Positions 36,418 through 50,603 of a stretch of DNA of 64,000 nucleotides are shown piece by piece. The translations under genes and the position numbers were made by a program. Below the pieces are notes generated by a model. That model was not told the origin of the DNA and did not search any database. It saw nothing but the letters and a program-made list of their open reading frames with translations. The first letter of the stretch is position 1. Each line of letters begins with the position of its first letter. Source of the DNA: Callorhinchus milii (lineage: Eukaryota); the NCBI RefSeq assembly GCF_018977255.1, contig NW_024704743.1, positions 12,774,001 to 12,838,000 on the forward strand. The letters are read 5' to 3'.

Positions 36418-39400
36418 TGTATGCCTTGAATGCACAATTAAGCCTCTTCTTTCTTCTATCCTGGGAAAATGACATCCAATTAGATCAGACAAAAACAGAC
36501 TGTTCAAAATATAGCAGTGAATAACCACCTCCCTTACAGAAAATGTCTCAAATGTTAAACTCCTTGAAGAAAGACTTGCAAACAGAGCTACTGGTAAATC
36601 AGTCCATCCTCCCTGAGATCTGCTTCACACAGATCGTTGACATATTAAATAATTAAAAACAATGTTAGGTGTAAGTACACACAGTATCTTTATTCTGTTG
36701 GTGAGATCTAAAGCTTTTCCATCGGAAAAGCTGCAGTAAATGGACAAGAAGACATATAAGATAATTAAAGTTCTACCTGGATTTCAAAAGCTATTCCCTT
36801 TAATTAGAATTTCTCTTGTATTAAAATCATACTTACAGAAGAGGATCAATGGCAGAGTGTTAGTGACAGCAGACCATCACTGACTGTGGTCCTTTGATCT
36901 CAGTCAACGTTCTCGGTGTGAGCAAACAGTTCGGATTGTTTGAATTGTAATCCTGATGAATAAATTATAACATAATACGCATTTCCTGCTATCATCTTGT
37001 AAAAACTGGCCAAGGGATGTTACCCTGACAACACAGAGTGCCATTCCGACCCCACACTGCCCTCCAATTAGACAGGATGCAGAATGCTTACGAGATGTGT
37101 GACTTCTCTCACCACCCACAACATTCAGGAGCGTTTTGAGTGGGTTGTCAACATAAAGACCAAAGAGGGCAGCTGTCACAAATCAGATTTTGTTGTTGTA
37201 TGAATTCAGGCAGCATCATTCGGTTGTGTTAGGTAACTCTATTTTCACCAGCGATACATGAAATTGCCTTTGACCTGGATCAGTCCAATGCAACATGTGA
37301 TATTTATAGTTTTGGGGTTAAAATCAGCTGTTTAAGAAAGGTTTTGCCTGCAAAATATAGTCATCACATTTTAAAGCAATTAATGACTGGATCAGGTTAC
37401 AGGAAGGGTGGTTGAAACCAGGACACGAGAATCATTTAAAAACATGTAATGCTGTGATGGGAGGTCAATGGAGTGGTGGGTATTCTGGTGGGATGAAGGG
37501 CATTCTTCATACTAAACTAAACTTGTGATCTTATGTTGACCATTCAAATTTGCTCTAAGTTCTGGTATACCCAACTGAGTTATGTTGCTATCCTCTTTTT
37601 GCTGCACTAAAATGACAATCTCCATGATTGGGAGCCTCACTGGAGCAAAGAAATGCCTGGATTCAACCATTGTGCTGAGGTTTTCCAAAGCCCTAGGAAG
37701 TAGATTGTACTTCGGAAGCATTTTGATACCAGACAGTTCAATTTTTTACAAGACTTTTTGAAATTTATAGGAAAAAAACCAACTTGCCTTAATATAACAT
37801 GCTTCACGTTGGGCAGCGTCTTGGAGTGCTGAAAGAAACAGTCGATACATGTGCCAATAATGCCCTCTTAATATTTTTACAAGTTATTGAAGGAAAAGAT
37901 ATGTTCATAAATTAAATTGAATAAAATTACAAATATGCTACACAACCCCTTTATCAGGAGAGATTAATAAAAATATCCTTGAAGGTGATACAGATGTTTG
38001 AGCCTATGCAGCTTCATTTGAAGATCTAAGTAACGTCTTTTGCTTTGGGTGACAAAGAATGAATGAGATTGCCTCAGGGAATATGAACATCTGGTCGTAT
38101 ATCTCATATTAGTTTGTCTGCATAATACAAAAGTTCTGTACTATACAATGTATAGTTTGGGGACAAGACATGTCATGCGAATGTCAGGATGGTGGAAGGT
38201 GAACTGGATGAACCTTGGCTTTTTTTTGCCTAGCAAATTCTTATGTTCTTATGCTCTTACCGTTACCTTGACTTACATTGTAAGTACTACTTATGTTTGC
38301 TATAAAATTGCTTTCTTCTGAAGGAATTATTTTGCAAGAGGTTTCAAACACTCAAGGGCAAGCCTAAATGAAAATATTTCCTCCTAAAGAGATAGATACT
38401 GTCTGCCGTCTGCTGATTGAAAACATTCTTGTCCTTTCAGAATGGACACCAACCTCCTGCCTATTTGCAATGCCAATTCTATGCTCTAGATAGAGGAAAC
38501 CCAAACTATGACCTATATATAAGTGCAGTGTATTTCCACCCAGTGAATGCTCCTTCCTTCAATAAGGAGGATGCTAAAAAACAAAATCTTGTCTAATATC
38601 CCATTCTCTTTGAAGGCCAGTCTCAAAAAGGGGTGGAATTCTGTGCAAATGCAAATAGAAACAGTGTTTCCTTTCACTCCATTTCTGTTGGCTGTTGCAT
38701 TGGAAACTTAATGCTTTTTAAAGCTACTGCTCTCTTTCTCTTTGTTTTTTCTCGATGTGACTTTCCCTCTCTTAGAGTCGCTCTCTCTCTATATATGTAT
38801 TTTACTCTATGTCTATGTGATTTTAACCCTACATGGTGCAAAAGTGGAAATCTTATCTTTATGTTACCATATCTATTTGTGCAAAAGTGAAGACGCTAAT
38901 GATCCCAATTTATCTGCACATCACAATTAAAACATGTCCCTCCTTGCCTCACACACACACACAACTGGGTATCCAATAATCCATGATGTTCATTTCTATT
39001 GGTTATTGTGATGGGATCACAAGCTATTTTGAGATTTAAAACTGGTTGGAATTCCATCTTGATAGTAAATAGAAACAGCATGGGACAAATAACCTCCCTG
39101 GCCTAATAGTCTGCCACTGGATATGCCCTTTGTGAACTCAAGTCAATTGGCAGCTAGGCTGTGCTTGTTATATTTATAGATAAAAGGTCAATCCTCATTT
39201 ACAGAATACCCGTAAATGTCAATGCAGACTAACTGTTGAGGGGGAAAGGCGGGGCGTGGGGGATAAGCAGGATCTTCTTGGAGCTGAACTGGCTCCAAGG
39301 AGGACATCCTTAGCATGGGGTTGATGAAATTGAGTCGACTCTCTGTGGTGGTCTCAGTACAGTTCCTTAGCCAAGGGTCCGCAACATTCCAGGGCGTTGC

Positions 39401-41034
39401 TGATGACAGACCAGCCTATCTCATTGTTAGGACTTGGAGGAGCAAACAAGTCACTAGGCCAGAAATTATTCCATTCAGTGCCTGTTAACACTGCAAGTCA
39501 AAGCCCCAATAGGTTGTGTGGTCTTAACTGGACAAACAGGGGGAAAGCTTGCCAGATTGTGTTTTCAATAGCAAGCTATACAGTTTTAGTACACCCACCA
39601 GCATCCCAAATTCATACGCTGGGGTCCCCAAGCCTTGGCTCTTGCCAGCCTGAACCTAATACTTTCTGGAATGAAGTAAGGAGGGTGTGACATTCAAGGG
39701 GGAGAGTGCACATTCCATTCTAGTCACATGAATTTCCACATATAGGTGGGATGCATGCAAAATATACAGTCAATTTACTTTACAGTACATTCTGTGAAGC
39801 GCTTTGAGATGTCCCGAAGACGTGATAAGGTGCTATATCAAAATGCAAGGATTAACTTTCAGTTTAGTTTGAATACTCTTAAGCATGGTTGGTGATGGGT
39901 TTTTGCATGTGTCAGTCATTTAGCAGACCCATAAAAATGCCAATACCTTCTACAACCATTGCCACAAAAGAGGACTTTCTAAGTCTAGTAACAAAATCCA
40001 CCATTTTTTTCAAAAGGTGAAATTTGCACAATTTATAACATGTTTCTTGTGATGACATGAAAAATATTATGAAACACTACAAACGTCACCCTATGTTCTG
40101 AAAACAGAAATTGCTGGATGCTTTGGTTAGTACACTGTTCTTTTACCTCAAGGATTTGTACCTGAGCCCAGCCCTGACTCATGGAATAATCATATCTTCT
40201 TTCTAGTACTGTAGGTGAAATTAGTTTGACCAGTTTCAGTGTTTCATTTCCCAACAGAGTTGTCTTCTACTTTGATGAGTGAACAATATAACACAAAAAT
40301 GTTATATTCCTGGGAGAGATAATCTAATCCAATTAACACCAATATTTTAAATGATATCCATCTTCCCCCAGAGTGAAAGTGAAAAGCCTTCATATCTTAG
40401 TAGATCAGCTAAATGTTGCTGGAACTGGAGGGATAATTGAGTTTAAATCATATGCAGTGAGTTATTAGGACTTTATCCTGAACCCATAAAACCTTCCTGA
40501 TGCTACTGAATTAAAAAGCTCCAGGGAAACATTGTGTGATTTTGGTTACATCTCCAGTGTGACCCATTTAATATGACACGCTGAGAACTTAATTATCAAT
40601 TCTGCTAGTGGAGGAGCATTAATAGTTGGATTCTTCAAAAATTGGATATCATCAATGAACAAGGAGATTTGTGTAACTCAAGGCCAATACGCACCTTCAG
40701 GAAATTAATGCTTTCAGATTCGTCAAAGCTAGAGGACAAGCATTACACAGGGGGAGGGCTCAGAAGAGCAATTTCAGGACAGATAAGCAGTAAGTATTTT
40801 TTTACACAGGGGTTGATCAGTGGCTGTAACAGATTACCAGAATATATGGTAGAGATCACCTTCTCATTTCCAGCATCATACATTTCTTCCCAAGAAATAA
40901 AAGATTTACATGGTGAAGCTATAAATCATACAAATTACTAGAAGTTAATATTGTGCCTTTTAGAGAGGAAAGGTGTCTACACAGAAGATACACAGTAAAC
41001 TATACTTTAAAAAAATTTAGTAAAATATACTTTA

Positions 41035-41397
41035 AAGTGCAGTGACTGTGTTTTTTTGTAGACAAACATGGCAACCAATTTACGCACAGCAATGACCCAT
41101 AAACAGCCATAAAGTGAATCACAAATTTTATTTCGCGGTTTGTTGGCCAAGAAACTGAGAGAACTCCCTTCTCTTTTTGAATAGTGCGATGGGATCTTTA
41201 ATGTTTACCTGAACAGGAGGACAGAATTTTGGCTCAACATCTCATCTAAGGGACGACACCTCCCACATCGCAATGTACTCCAGGCACTGTATTGGAGTGT
41301 CAGCCTAGACTAAATGAACTCCAAGTCCTAACATGGGACTTAAACCTACAACTTTTTGACTCAGAGCAAGAGTGCTACCAGCTAAACCAGGCTGACA
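41035..41397 (-). mobile_element. Old Deu-domain SINE
   Basis: Reverse-complement homology to 12340-12750. Confidence 0.8.
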
Positions 41398-41819
41398 CAA
41401 GAACATACACTACTAAACATATTGTGTGGCAGCCACAATAACCATTACAGACACAAACACACAGAAACACAGCACTGGGAGAGAAAAATAGATTGATTTT
41501 GCACCTTCATTCTGAACCCCAAGTTTCAAAGATGCCACTCATATTCCCAATCACTGTAGAAACAATTTGTTGTCAACTATTCTCTCAAAACAGTACAACA
41601 GCTTTTACAATGTTGACAAAGTTTATTATGTAAATCTACAAGCAACCAATGAGGACATTATGAGCTAAAAAACTTCATCAACTCAGATATTCTCAGGCAT
41701 TCTCATATATTATACCTTAAGGTCCACCATTTCATCTCCTCTAATCTTCAATAATAGGCTCTTGTGTATCTATGGTAGGAATAGCTTGAAGCAAGTTTCT
41801 TTTGTGATATGTGCCCTAG

Positions 41820-42205
41820 AAGCATAGGAACAGGGGTAAGCTATTCAGCCCCTCGAGCCTGTTCTGACATTCTATTAAATAATGATTGATCTGTACCTCA
41901 AGTCCAATTACCAGCCTTTACCCCATATCCCTTGATACCTTGACCCAACAAAAATCGAACCACCTCAGTCTTGAAAATTTATATGGATCTTGCATCCACA
42001 GCATTTTGGGGGAGAGTTCCAGATTTCCACTACCCTTTGTGTAAATAAATGCTTCCTGATTTCACTCTTAAATGGCGTAGCTCTAATCTTAAAATGATGC
42101 CCTCTTGTTCTGTTTTCCTCCACCAGATGAAATAGTTTCACTGTAGCTACCCTATTGAATCCCTTTATCATTTTAAACACCTCAATGGGATCACCCCTCA
42201 ACCTT
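41820..42205 (-). mobile_element. CR1 3' end
   Basis: RGDPIEVFKMIKG..TRGHHFKI..FTQRVVEIWNS. Confidence 0.9.
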
Positions 42206-43178
42206 CAACGTGTGTTAGTGTATAGATGTAAAGTGGGATCTAGTGAGTTACGTTCCCTATTGCTGTCACCACTTACACCACTGGATGGATCCTGGGGGAA
42301 GTTGGGACAGCCGGAGGGAGGAAGATTCTTCAACAGTGAATAACATTGCTAGCACCACCAAGGGCATAGATTCACCATGCAACAAGTGCATAAATCCTGT
42401 GCGTAGTGTTGACTGAAGGTTTAACTTTACCATTTCATTAAAGCTAACAATTTATTAGTTGCTCTGAAGAAGAGAATGAATGTAGCTGCCTGGATATATA
42501 AATATCCTCTCACTGGTTGATAGATCCAATCCTGTTAAATTCCGGAGGCCTTATTGCTTAGTAAAATGATATGTTGCCTTATGTCTGATTGATCTGGTCA
42601 GCTATGGACAAGCGATTTAATTTAATGCACCCAGGTTGGAGAAGTGGCAACGGGGAACCAAAATGCTAGTCATTTGTACATTTATTCACAGAAAAAATGC
42701 TTGTAAGACAAGGGAAACGAAAGAGAGAAGACTAATGGGGGTAGAGAATGTTTTTTCTCCTCTTGATAGTACTGTTGCTGTTGTTTTTCATTCTTATTAA
42801 GCTTGTTAGCAGATTTTATATTACATCAAGAGATTAGTATGGAAAAAAGAGACTTTTAGTGCTCTATTAGGCTTATATTTTGCTCTTCTTTGGATGATAG
42901 GATGACACAGCTCTCAAGTATGCAGCAGTATTTATCGAACTCCTGAAGATAACCAGAGACTCATTGAAGTATGCTGTCTGTCCTGGTTGTCAATTGATAT
43001 TCAAGGTTGTTGAATTGCTTCATAACATGAGTGCAACTAATGTCTTCTTTTGTAATTGATTCCTGGGTCAAGACAACTGGTTTTGGAATCTGACCACAGT
43101 CATCAATCATGAAAACTGAAGTTCAACTCTGTTCAACTCTTGATTGTCTATCTCATCTCTTCTTAATTATACTCAAAG

Positions 43179-44169
43179 CAGCGTGGTCCAACAGGTGATG
43201 GTCTCAGACCGGATAAAATCACCCTCCGTGTCACACCAGGCCCGGCGGGTGATCTTATCCGGCCTGAGACCATTTCCAACATTCCAACTTCCGCTCCCTT
43301 CCTCCCTCCCTGGTGAATGTCACCCCAGGGCAGCGGCAGGAGCTGGCGGTTGGGAGGATGCAGCGTGGAGAGTGGAAATAATACTGGAGTCTGTCAGGAA
43401 GTCAAGCCGGGCTTTTACCAACCGTGTCCTTAGCAGCTGCTTACTCCTGCCTCTGCAGATAGTGATTGTTGCATGGCTGATTGGGAGAGAGAGGGATTGA
43501 GAGAGGGAGGGTGGGAGAGGGAGAGAGGAAAGGGGGGGAGAACAGGGGAGGGGGAGTATGTGTGAGAAGGAGAGAATGTCCCCTCCTCTTCTCTGTCCCC
43601 CCCTCTCCTCTTCTCTCCCCCCCTTCTCTCTTTCCTCCTCTCACCCCTTCCTCTCTCTTGCCTTCCTCTCTCACACCCCCTTCCCTTTCCTCCTTTCTCT
43701 TGCCCTCTCACCACCCTCTCAATCCCTCTCTCCCAATCAGCCGGGTGGTTCACTATCTACAGTGGCAGGAACCAGCAGTTGCTAAGGTTAGTAAGAGACA
43801 GGCTTGCCTTCATGACAGACTGCAGTAACATCCAGTATTATTTTCACTCTCTGCGCTGTGTCCTCCCAACCACTGGCTCCTGCGTTAACCTGGGAGGATG
43901 TTCACCAGGAATGGAGGGAGCGGAAGTTGGATTGTTGTAAATGGTCTTGAACCGGATGTAAGATGGTTCTATCACCCTTATATGTGCATTAAAAAAAAGT
44001 ATTTAAAACCCTACTCAATATATTTAAATGACAGATAGACATAGAAAAAAGGGTTGACCGTGACAGTTGTGGCCCGCGGGCCGCCAGCTGGCCTGTGCTG
44101 GATGTGGCCTGCAGATCTTTCTCAAATAGGGAATCCGGCCCATGTCAACCAAAAGGTTGGACCACCCTG
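43179..44169. mobile_element. Non-autonomous hAT-like DNA transposon, copy 2, with long internal inverted repeat
   Basis: TIRs cagcgtggtccaac / gttggaccaccctg (13/14 match); 8-bp flanks actcaaag / ccttaaag (6/8); subterminal ggcccgcgggcc motif. Confidence 0.85.
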
Positions 44170-44735
44170 CCTTAAAGCACCCATCAACAGGGCCAATAGA
44201 AAATTGTGGACATGTTTGCCAAAAACTGCAGGGCAATTTTATGAATTTTTCAGAAAATTGCAGGTGGGGGGGGGAAGGGGCAGTGGAGGTGATCAGTGCT
44301 ATTAGGTACATTTAACTGATGAAAACTAAACATGAGGAAATAACACATATTAGATTGTTGAAAAACAATTATTAATTTCTTCTTCAACAAAGACTAGGTG
44401 GCCCATTGTTGGGGGCCGGACACACACCACCGCAGGCCCAAAGGTACTGGAGATCCGACAAAAAACAGATACTCAGGACCGGTGTCCTGACTGAGGGGCT
44501 ACAGGAGCTCATCACCTCCTGCCTCTCAGGGCCCAGCACCACACACCAGGCACAGATACAGGGAGAGACATACACAGACACGGAGAGAGACACACACAGG
44601 CACAGACACCCAGAGCGAGAGACACACAAACTCACAGGCACAGAAGGACACACATTCTCAGAGAGAGAGACACAGACACTCAGAGACACAAAGAGACACA
44701 CATACACATTCACACAGAGACACGCATACAGGACT

Positions 44736-45050
44736 GGAGTCCTGTAGCTCAGTGGTTAGAGCACACGCCTCACAAGTGAGAGACCTGGATTCGATTCCCG
44801 GCCGGGCGAAAGCTTGGGCAAGTTTCCTTACTCCACATGCTTGATAATAATCCTTCAAGAAAAAAACCAATAATAAATTGGTCACTTTAATCCATGACTG
44901 TTTGTGGGTCACTGCTGTGCGCAATTGGCTGCCACGTTTGGCCCACAAATATACAGTCAATACACGTTACAGTCTATTCTGTGAAGCGCTTTGAGATGTC
45001 TAGAAGACATGAAAAGCGCTATAACAAATGCAAGGATTATTATTATTGTT
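44736..45050 (+). mobile_element. Full-length tRNA-derived Deu SINE
   Basis: Homology to the 3768 copy. Confidence 0.9.
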
Positions 45051-47345
45051 ATAAACATGTACACATACAGAAGAGATGCACACAGATACACTCACAAACA
45101 CATACATACAGAGGAGGGAGAGAAACAGACTCAAGAGACCTGGGGCCAGAAATCACACTGTATTGCGGGTTTCTAGCGGTTTCTGCGAAAAAATTGTGGT
45201 CTTACTTTTCCATTGGTTCAGCTCATCGCCAAATCTTTAACAGCATATTTAATGCTGTTAAAGCATTAACCAACAGTACTGGTGCATTACTTTGGGTCCT
45301 TTTTTTAATAAATATGAATATTCATATAACACCTTGGAATGTCCTCCTTTCAAAAGAAATATAATAAGAATTTGATCACTCAATCCACAACTGTTTGTGG
45401 GACACCGCTGTGCGCAATTGGCTGTCGCATTTCGCCCACAAAATTTACAGTCAATTCACTTTACTGTATATTCTGTGAAGTGCTTTGAGGCGGCTCAATG
45501 ACATGATAAGGTGTGCTATATCAAATGCAAGGATTATTGTTATAATTGCTCAGCATGAATGTTAAAAAATTTCCAGTTGAGATATTGCGTGATATACACA
45601 CAGAGCAAACATACCTCTACTCTGTCCCAATGTACCATAACCCTAACCTCAAAGAAGAATTACTACAGTGAGAGTGGAGGCTAATTACAAAAAAGAGATG
45701 GGTAGTGGAAATTTCAGTCTCTTTAGCCTGACAGTTTTAGTTAAAAAGAATAGTTTTTCTGTCAGGCAGCACATTGGATAATTCCTTCCAAATTGTTGAG
45801 CACCAAACATGTCATTTGTTTCTCCTGGTTTATTTCTCTATTCAAGACCAGTTGGAGCAGTGTTTGTGATAGTTATTCTGTGAGAAGACTAGTTACATCA
45901 ATTAAAAGAAATGGACAACTATGTATTTCTCAGAATCAGAGATTTATTTTCTGCACAGTAAACATTACATTTTAAAGACATAATCTCTACATCAATTTAT
46001 TAACCTCTCCTTGCAACAATGAAAGATCATACAAATCTTTAGCATTCATCAATCAGCACATCCTGCTTTGACGAGACTACAATAGATGATTTTTGCCAAT
46101 AATTTATTTGATCCTGGTTGAAGTAAGTTGGAGGATAAAGTGAAGGCAAATATTAATGGCCCAGTAAGATGAATATTAAACCATTACTTATACAGAAAAT
46201 GTTCTGGTTACTGGTAGAGAGTGCCATTCACAGAGTTTTGTGCCTTGTTTCTATAAAATGAATCACTGTGAGATTCTGTGTGAGACGGAAAATTAAATCC
46301 TATTAGACGTCAAGGATGAAAAAGTAGGAATCGGGTTATCAATTGGTGGATCGCCTTTTTGGGGTTAATAATTCCTTCAAAAAAATAAAAAATAAATTGG
46401 TCACTTCAATCCACAACTATTTGTGGAACACTGCTGTATGCAATTGGCTGCCGCATTTCACCCACAAAAGTAGTCAATTTACTTTACAGTATATTCTGTG
46501 AAGCACTTTGAAGGTGTCTTGAAGATGTGATAAGGCGCTATATCAAACGCAAGGATTATTATAATTGTTATTATTATTGAAGATGACAAATCTGTTTGAC
46601 CAACTTCTCTTCTTTACAAGACTCTACACTACATCCATCCTTACCATGCTGCATTTTCTCCCAGTACCTCAGAAAATTCATTGTAATAGCCTTGTCCTTA
46701 ACTTGAATTTCCTACAAGGGCACTTTCCAACTTATCAGTCGATCCTTCAGCTTTATACTCCAGTATGTTTTCTTCCTCTTCCAACTCTACCGTTCTCTCC
46801 CAGCTCCATTTGCTCCACTATTGTACCTGAGTCTTCATATCAGTGAATAATAATAAAAATCCTTGTATTTGATATAGCATCTTATCACATTGTTGGGACC
46901 TCTCAAAGCGCTTCACTGAATATATTGTAAAGTGGATTGACTATATTTTGTGGATGAAACACAGCAGTCAATTGTGCACAGCAGTGTCCCACAAACAGTC
47001 GTGAATTGAGTGAAAACATTTTTTTGAGGGATTATTACCACCAAAAAGCGATCTGCCAATCGACTAACCACCAGGTTTCTATTTACTGCTTGGTAAACAG
47101 AGATGTGTGGAGTAACTCTAGAACTCTGATCTAAAACCACCTGCCTTTGAAAATCTCTTATAACCATAACTCTTTGAAAGTGCCTTTGGTGCTCTTAAGT
47201 CCTTTTATTTCACTGCTTGGCAGGAACCACAACATTTCTCATACTTTGAGTCATTATTTTTGTACGAGTACAAGTTCTTATTACAGCAGGCTTTATAGTT
47301 TTGGGATTTTAGGGGATCAAAATCTTCATGACCTCAACCTTAAGA

Positions 47346-47499
47346 CCATTGTCTTAAAATTTAACATTATGTGGAATTTCAGAAAGAGTCTTAATTTGGA
47401 AGCTGATTTTCTGCAGTTATTTTTACTATTGAGATAAATTAGCTCCAAAATAAGATCGTATTCCAAAATTCTGTAAATTGTTATCTTTTGAGACAAAGG
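47346..47499. mobile_element. Short palindromic MITE-like element
   Basis: Ends ccattgtcttaaaa / ttttgagacaaagg; related sequence at about 53880-54008. Confidence 0.55.
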
Positions 47500-48617
47500 C
47501 TGTAAGTGTGTGATAAAGAATGAGAAATCTTGGAGAAATACAGTTCCTCCTGGGAACCTGATTTACATTACATATTAATGCTTCAGAGTTTGCAGAATTT
47601 GTCAAACTCCTAATTGTAATCTTAATTTTGAAACCATTTTTCTGTATAATAACAATAATAATACTTGCATTTTATATAGCACCTTGCATATCCAGACATG
47701 CATCATTGTTTAGTTACATTTCTTGCAAGTAATATTACCAATTAGAAATAAAGTGCTTCACAGCAAAATGTAGTGACAGTGTATTTTGTAGGTGAATGAG
47801 GGAGCCAATTTGCACACAGCAATGTCCAACAAACAGCCATTAATGACCAATTGTATCTGGGGGATTGTTGGCCTGGACATTGGGGGAAACTGTTTTGTTT
47901 TTGAATAGTGCCATGGGATCTTTAACATTCACTTGAACAGGCAGATGGGACTAACATCTCAGCTGAAGGACAGCACCTTGGACAATGTACACCCGGCCCC
48001 CAACCACCCCGCACTGCATTGGAATGTCAGCTTAGACTATTCTGTCAGTTGAGTTCTCAGTAGAATTTCTTCTGTTTTTTGATTTCTGTGCCACATTTGA
48101 GACTTTTAATTTTTATAGAAAAGTTTGCCATTTTCCTATAAATGGACACAAACGAATCTAACTAAAATACAGCACACTACTTGCATTTCAAAAGTCACTT
48201 TTAGGCAGATGCATGAACTGCAAGAGCTCTCTTTTATAACTTGATTGGCATAATACCTTTTTCTACAGAGCTAAATAGTGAATAGATGACTTTGAAGTTT
48301 GAAGTTTTCATAAATCGTTAAATAAAGATACCAGACAATTGATGTTTCAAGAACATAAGAAAGTGTGAAATGAGAAAATCTGATGCTTCCACAAATCTAA
48401 CCTGTCAAACTATACTCCATGTAAATGAATGGTTCTACATAAACATTGGTCCCCAAAGCTAACGAAGCAGCTTCAGAATACCTATCCATCTTCATCTCTC
48501 TAAATCCCTCCATAGATAACACTGTCCATTGTGTCAGAAATCTAGGATTCATCATGTTCTATACAATATTTGGTCATCAATCTTTAAATAGAAAGAGAAG
48601 TAAGGCTGTAGAGTGTC

Positions 48618-49360
48618 ATCCTGGCTCAGTGGTAGCAATCTTGCCTCTGGGTCAGAAGGTTGTGGGTTTAAGATCCACCTCGAGACTTGCATTAGAATAC
48701 ATTAGAATATACAGCACAGAAACAGGCTATTCGGCCCAACTGGTCTATGCCGGTGTTTATGCTTCACATGAGCTCCTCCTGCCCTTCCTCAACTAAGCCT
48801 TCAAGCATAACCTTCTATTCCTTTCTCCCTCATGTACCTATCTAGCTTTCCCTTAAATACATCTATGCTATTTGCCTCAACAACTCCTTGTGGTAGCGTG
48901 TTCCAGATTCCCACTACTCTGTGTGTGAAGACATTTCCTCTAACTTCCCTATTTGATCTCTTTGTGACTATTTTATATTGATGGCCCCTCGATTTGGTCT
49001 CTCCCACAAGTGGAAACATCTTCACTATGTCTTTGAAATCACTTAGAATCACTAAACTTATAAAGCAATGCTGGGAAGTGCTGTCCTTCAGATGAGACGT
49101 TAAATTGAGCTCCCTTATTCAGGTGGACCTTAGAGATCCCATGGCACTATTTGAAAGGAGAAGGGAATTTCTCCCGGTGTCCTGGCTAATAATCCCACAA
49201 ATAAAATTGGTCACTCTTTCCATTGTTGTTTGTGGCAAATTGCTGTTGAATTTCTTCCACAAAATACATTAAAAATCACTTTATAGTAAACCTTGTGAAG
49301 CTCTTTGAGACGTCGTGATGAAGTAATAAGGCGCTATATCAAGTGCAAGGATTATTATTG
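48618..49360 (+). mobile_element. Old Deu SINE split by a minus-strand CR1 3' end (about 48692-49040)
   Basis: SINE head at 48618-48690 resumes at about 49070; the insert encodes SRGHQYKI..FTHRVVGIWNTLP..FKGKLD. Confidence 0.82.
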
Positions 49361-50382
49361 TTCAGCCTGAATGTTATTCCATTAATCTTAAATCCCCCTC
49401 CCAACCTGATATTCATGCAGTTCCTTTTTAATGGGCATGATCATCACAGCTATTGATCAGTTGTTTTTCATAGAAAACTGTTCCATACATCGGCATATTT
49501 ATAATAATAATAATCATGCATTTGATATAACGCCTTATCACGTCTTTGAGATGTCTCAAAGCGTTCCACTGTAAAGTGAATCGACTGAAATTTTGTGGGC
49601 AAAACGCGGCAGCCAATTGAGTCCCACAAACAATCGTGGATTGAGTGATCACATTATTATTATTTTTGAAGGAATTATTACCATACTAAAGGGAGGGAAC
49701 GGGTTAGGGTAGCTTTCACTCGGTGCCTGTAACTTAAGCATTCAATCAACTCCTTCCCCCACCACCACTCTCTTCCCCAGCACAAATAATTCCTTGACAA
49801 ATGAGAAATTCTTATTTCATCTTTTCTCTCTCTGACAATTTTTCATATCTTCCTCTCCTGAAGGATTTCTGATAGAAATAAATACATGAACAAAGGAACA
49901 AGGAAGAGAGGGGTTGGGTGGTTCCCAGTTGGCACTCCAGCCATATTTGACTTGACACAGATACCCAGAGGTCTCAGAGGCCCAAGAGGCCCTTGGCATC
50001 CACATTGTGGGCTCTAAATAGCAGTTAGGCATGAGAGCACCAGCTAATTTTCCCAAAGGGGACTGAGGCCAATTGCATTGCCCTTAACTCAGCCCAGACT
50101 AGGATTCAAATTTGTATCTTTCTGGTGTGCGAGGTGGGTGGGGGGAGAGGGGGAATGTTTTTATCCATGACACTCTCGGGATCTGTGTTGAAGTTTGATT
50201 CTAAGTATGTAGTCTGCTCCCAGATGAAGATAAGTTAAATACAATAATCAATATTATCTATGCTTCTTAACATTTTAAAGAAGTGGATCATGTATCCCCC
50301 TCAATCTTATTTTCTCTAATTAAATCACTTCATATTTATTTTTATTTTTCTAACTTAGTCACAGAAGGCTCATTAAGCCATT

Positions 50383-50603
50383 GGGGTAACCTTCCACCTG
50401 GGTCTAACTTTAATCTATTTTGTAGGGCCCAGAATTTAGAATATTGTTGAATTCAGCCTTAACGTTGAAGCTATTTTTCTGTAGTTCTAAAAAAAAACTT
50501 ACAGAAAAATGCTTCAAAATGAAAACTGTAGAATTGGTCAAATTCTGGTTGCTCTGAAATGTTACATGACAGAATACATCTAGATCCAGGTGGAATTTTA
50601 CTC
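50383..50603. mobile_element. Foldback MITE-like palindrome, about 220 bp
   Basis: Outer arms gggtaaccttccacctgggtcta / tagatccaggtggaattttactc; inner arms tgaagctatttttctgtagtt / aacttacagaaaaatgcttca. Confidence 0.7.

Noticed and set aside
44540..44730. ORF rich in Thr/His/Arg/Glu
   Set aside because: Degenerate (CA/GA)n microsatellite.
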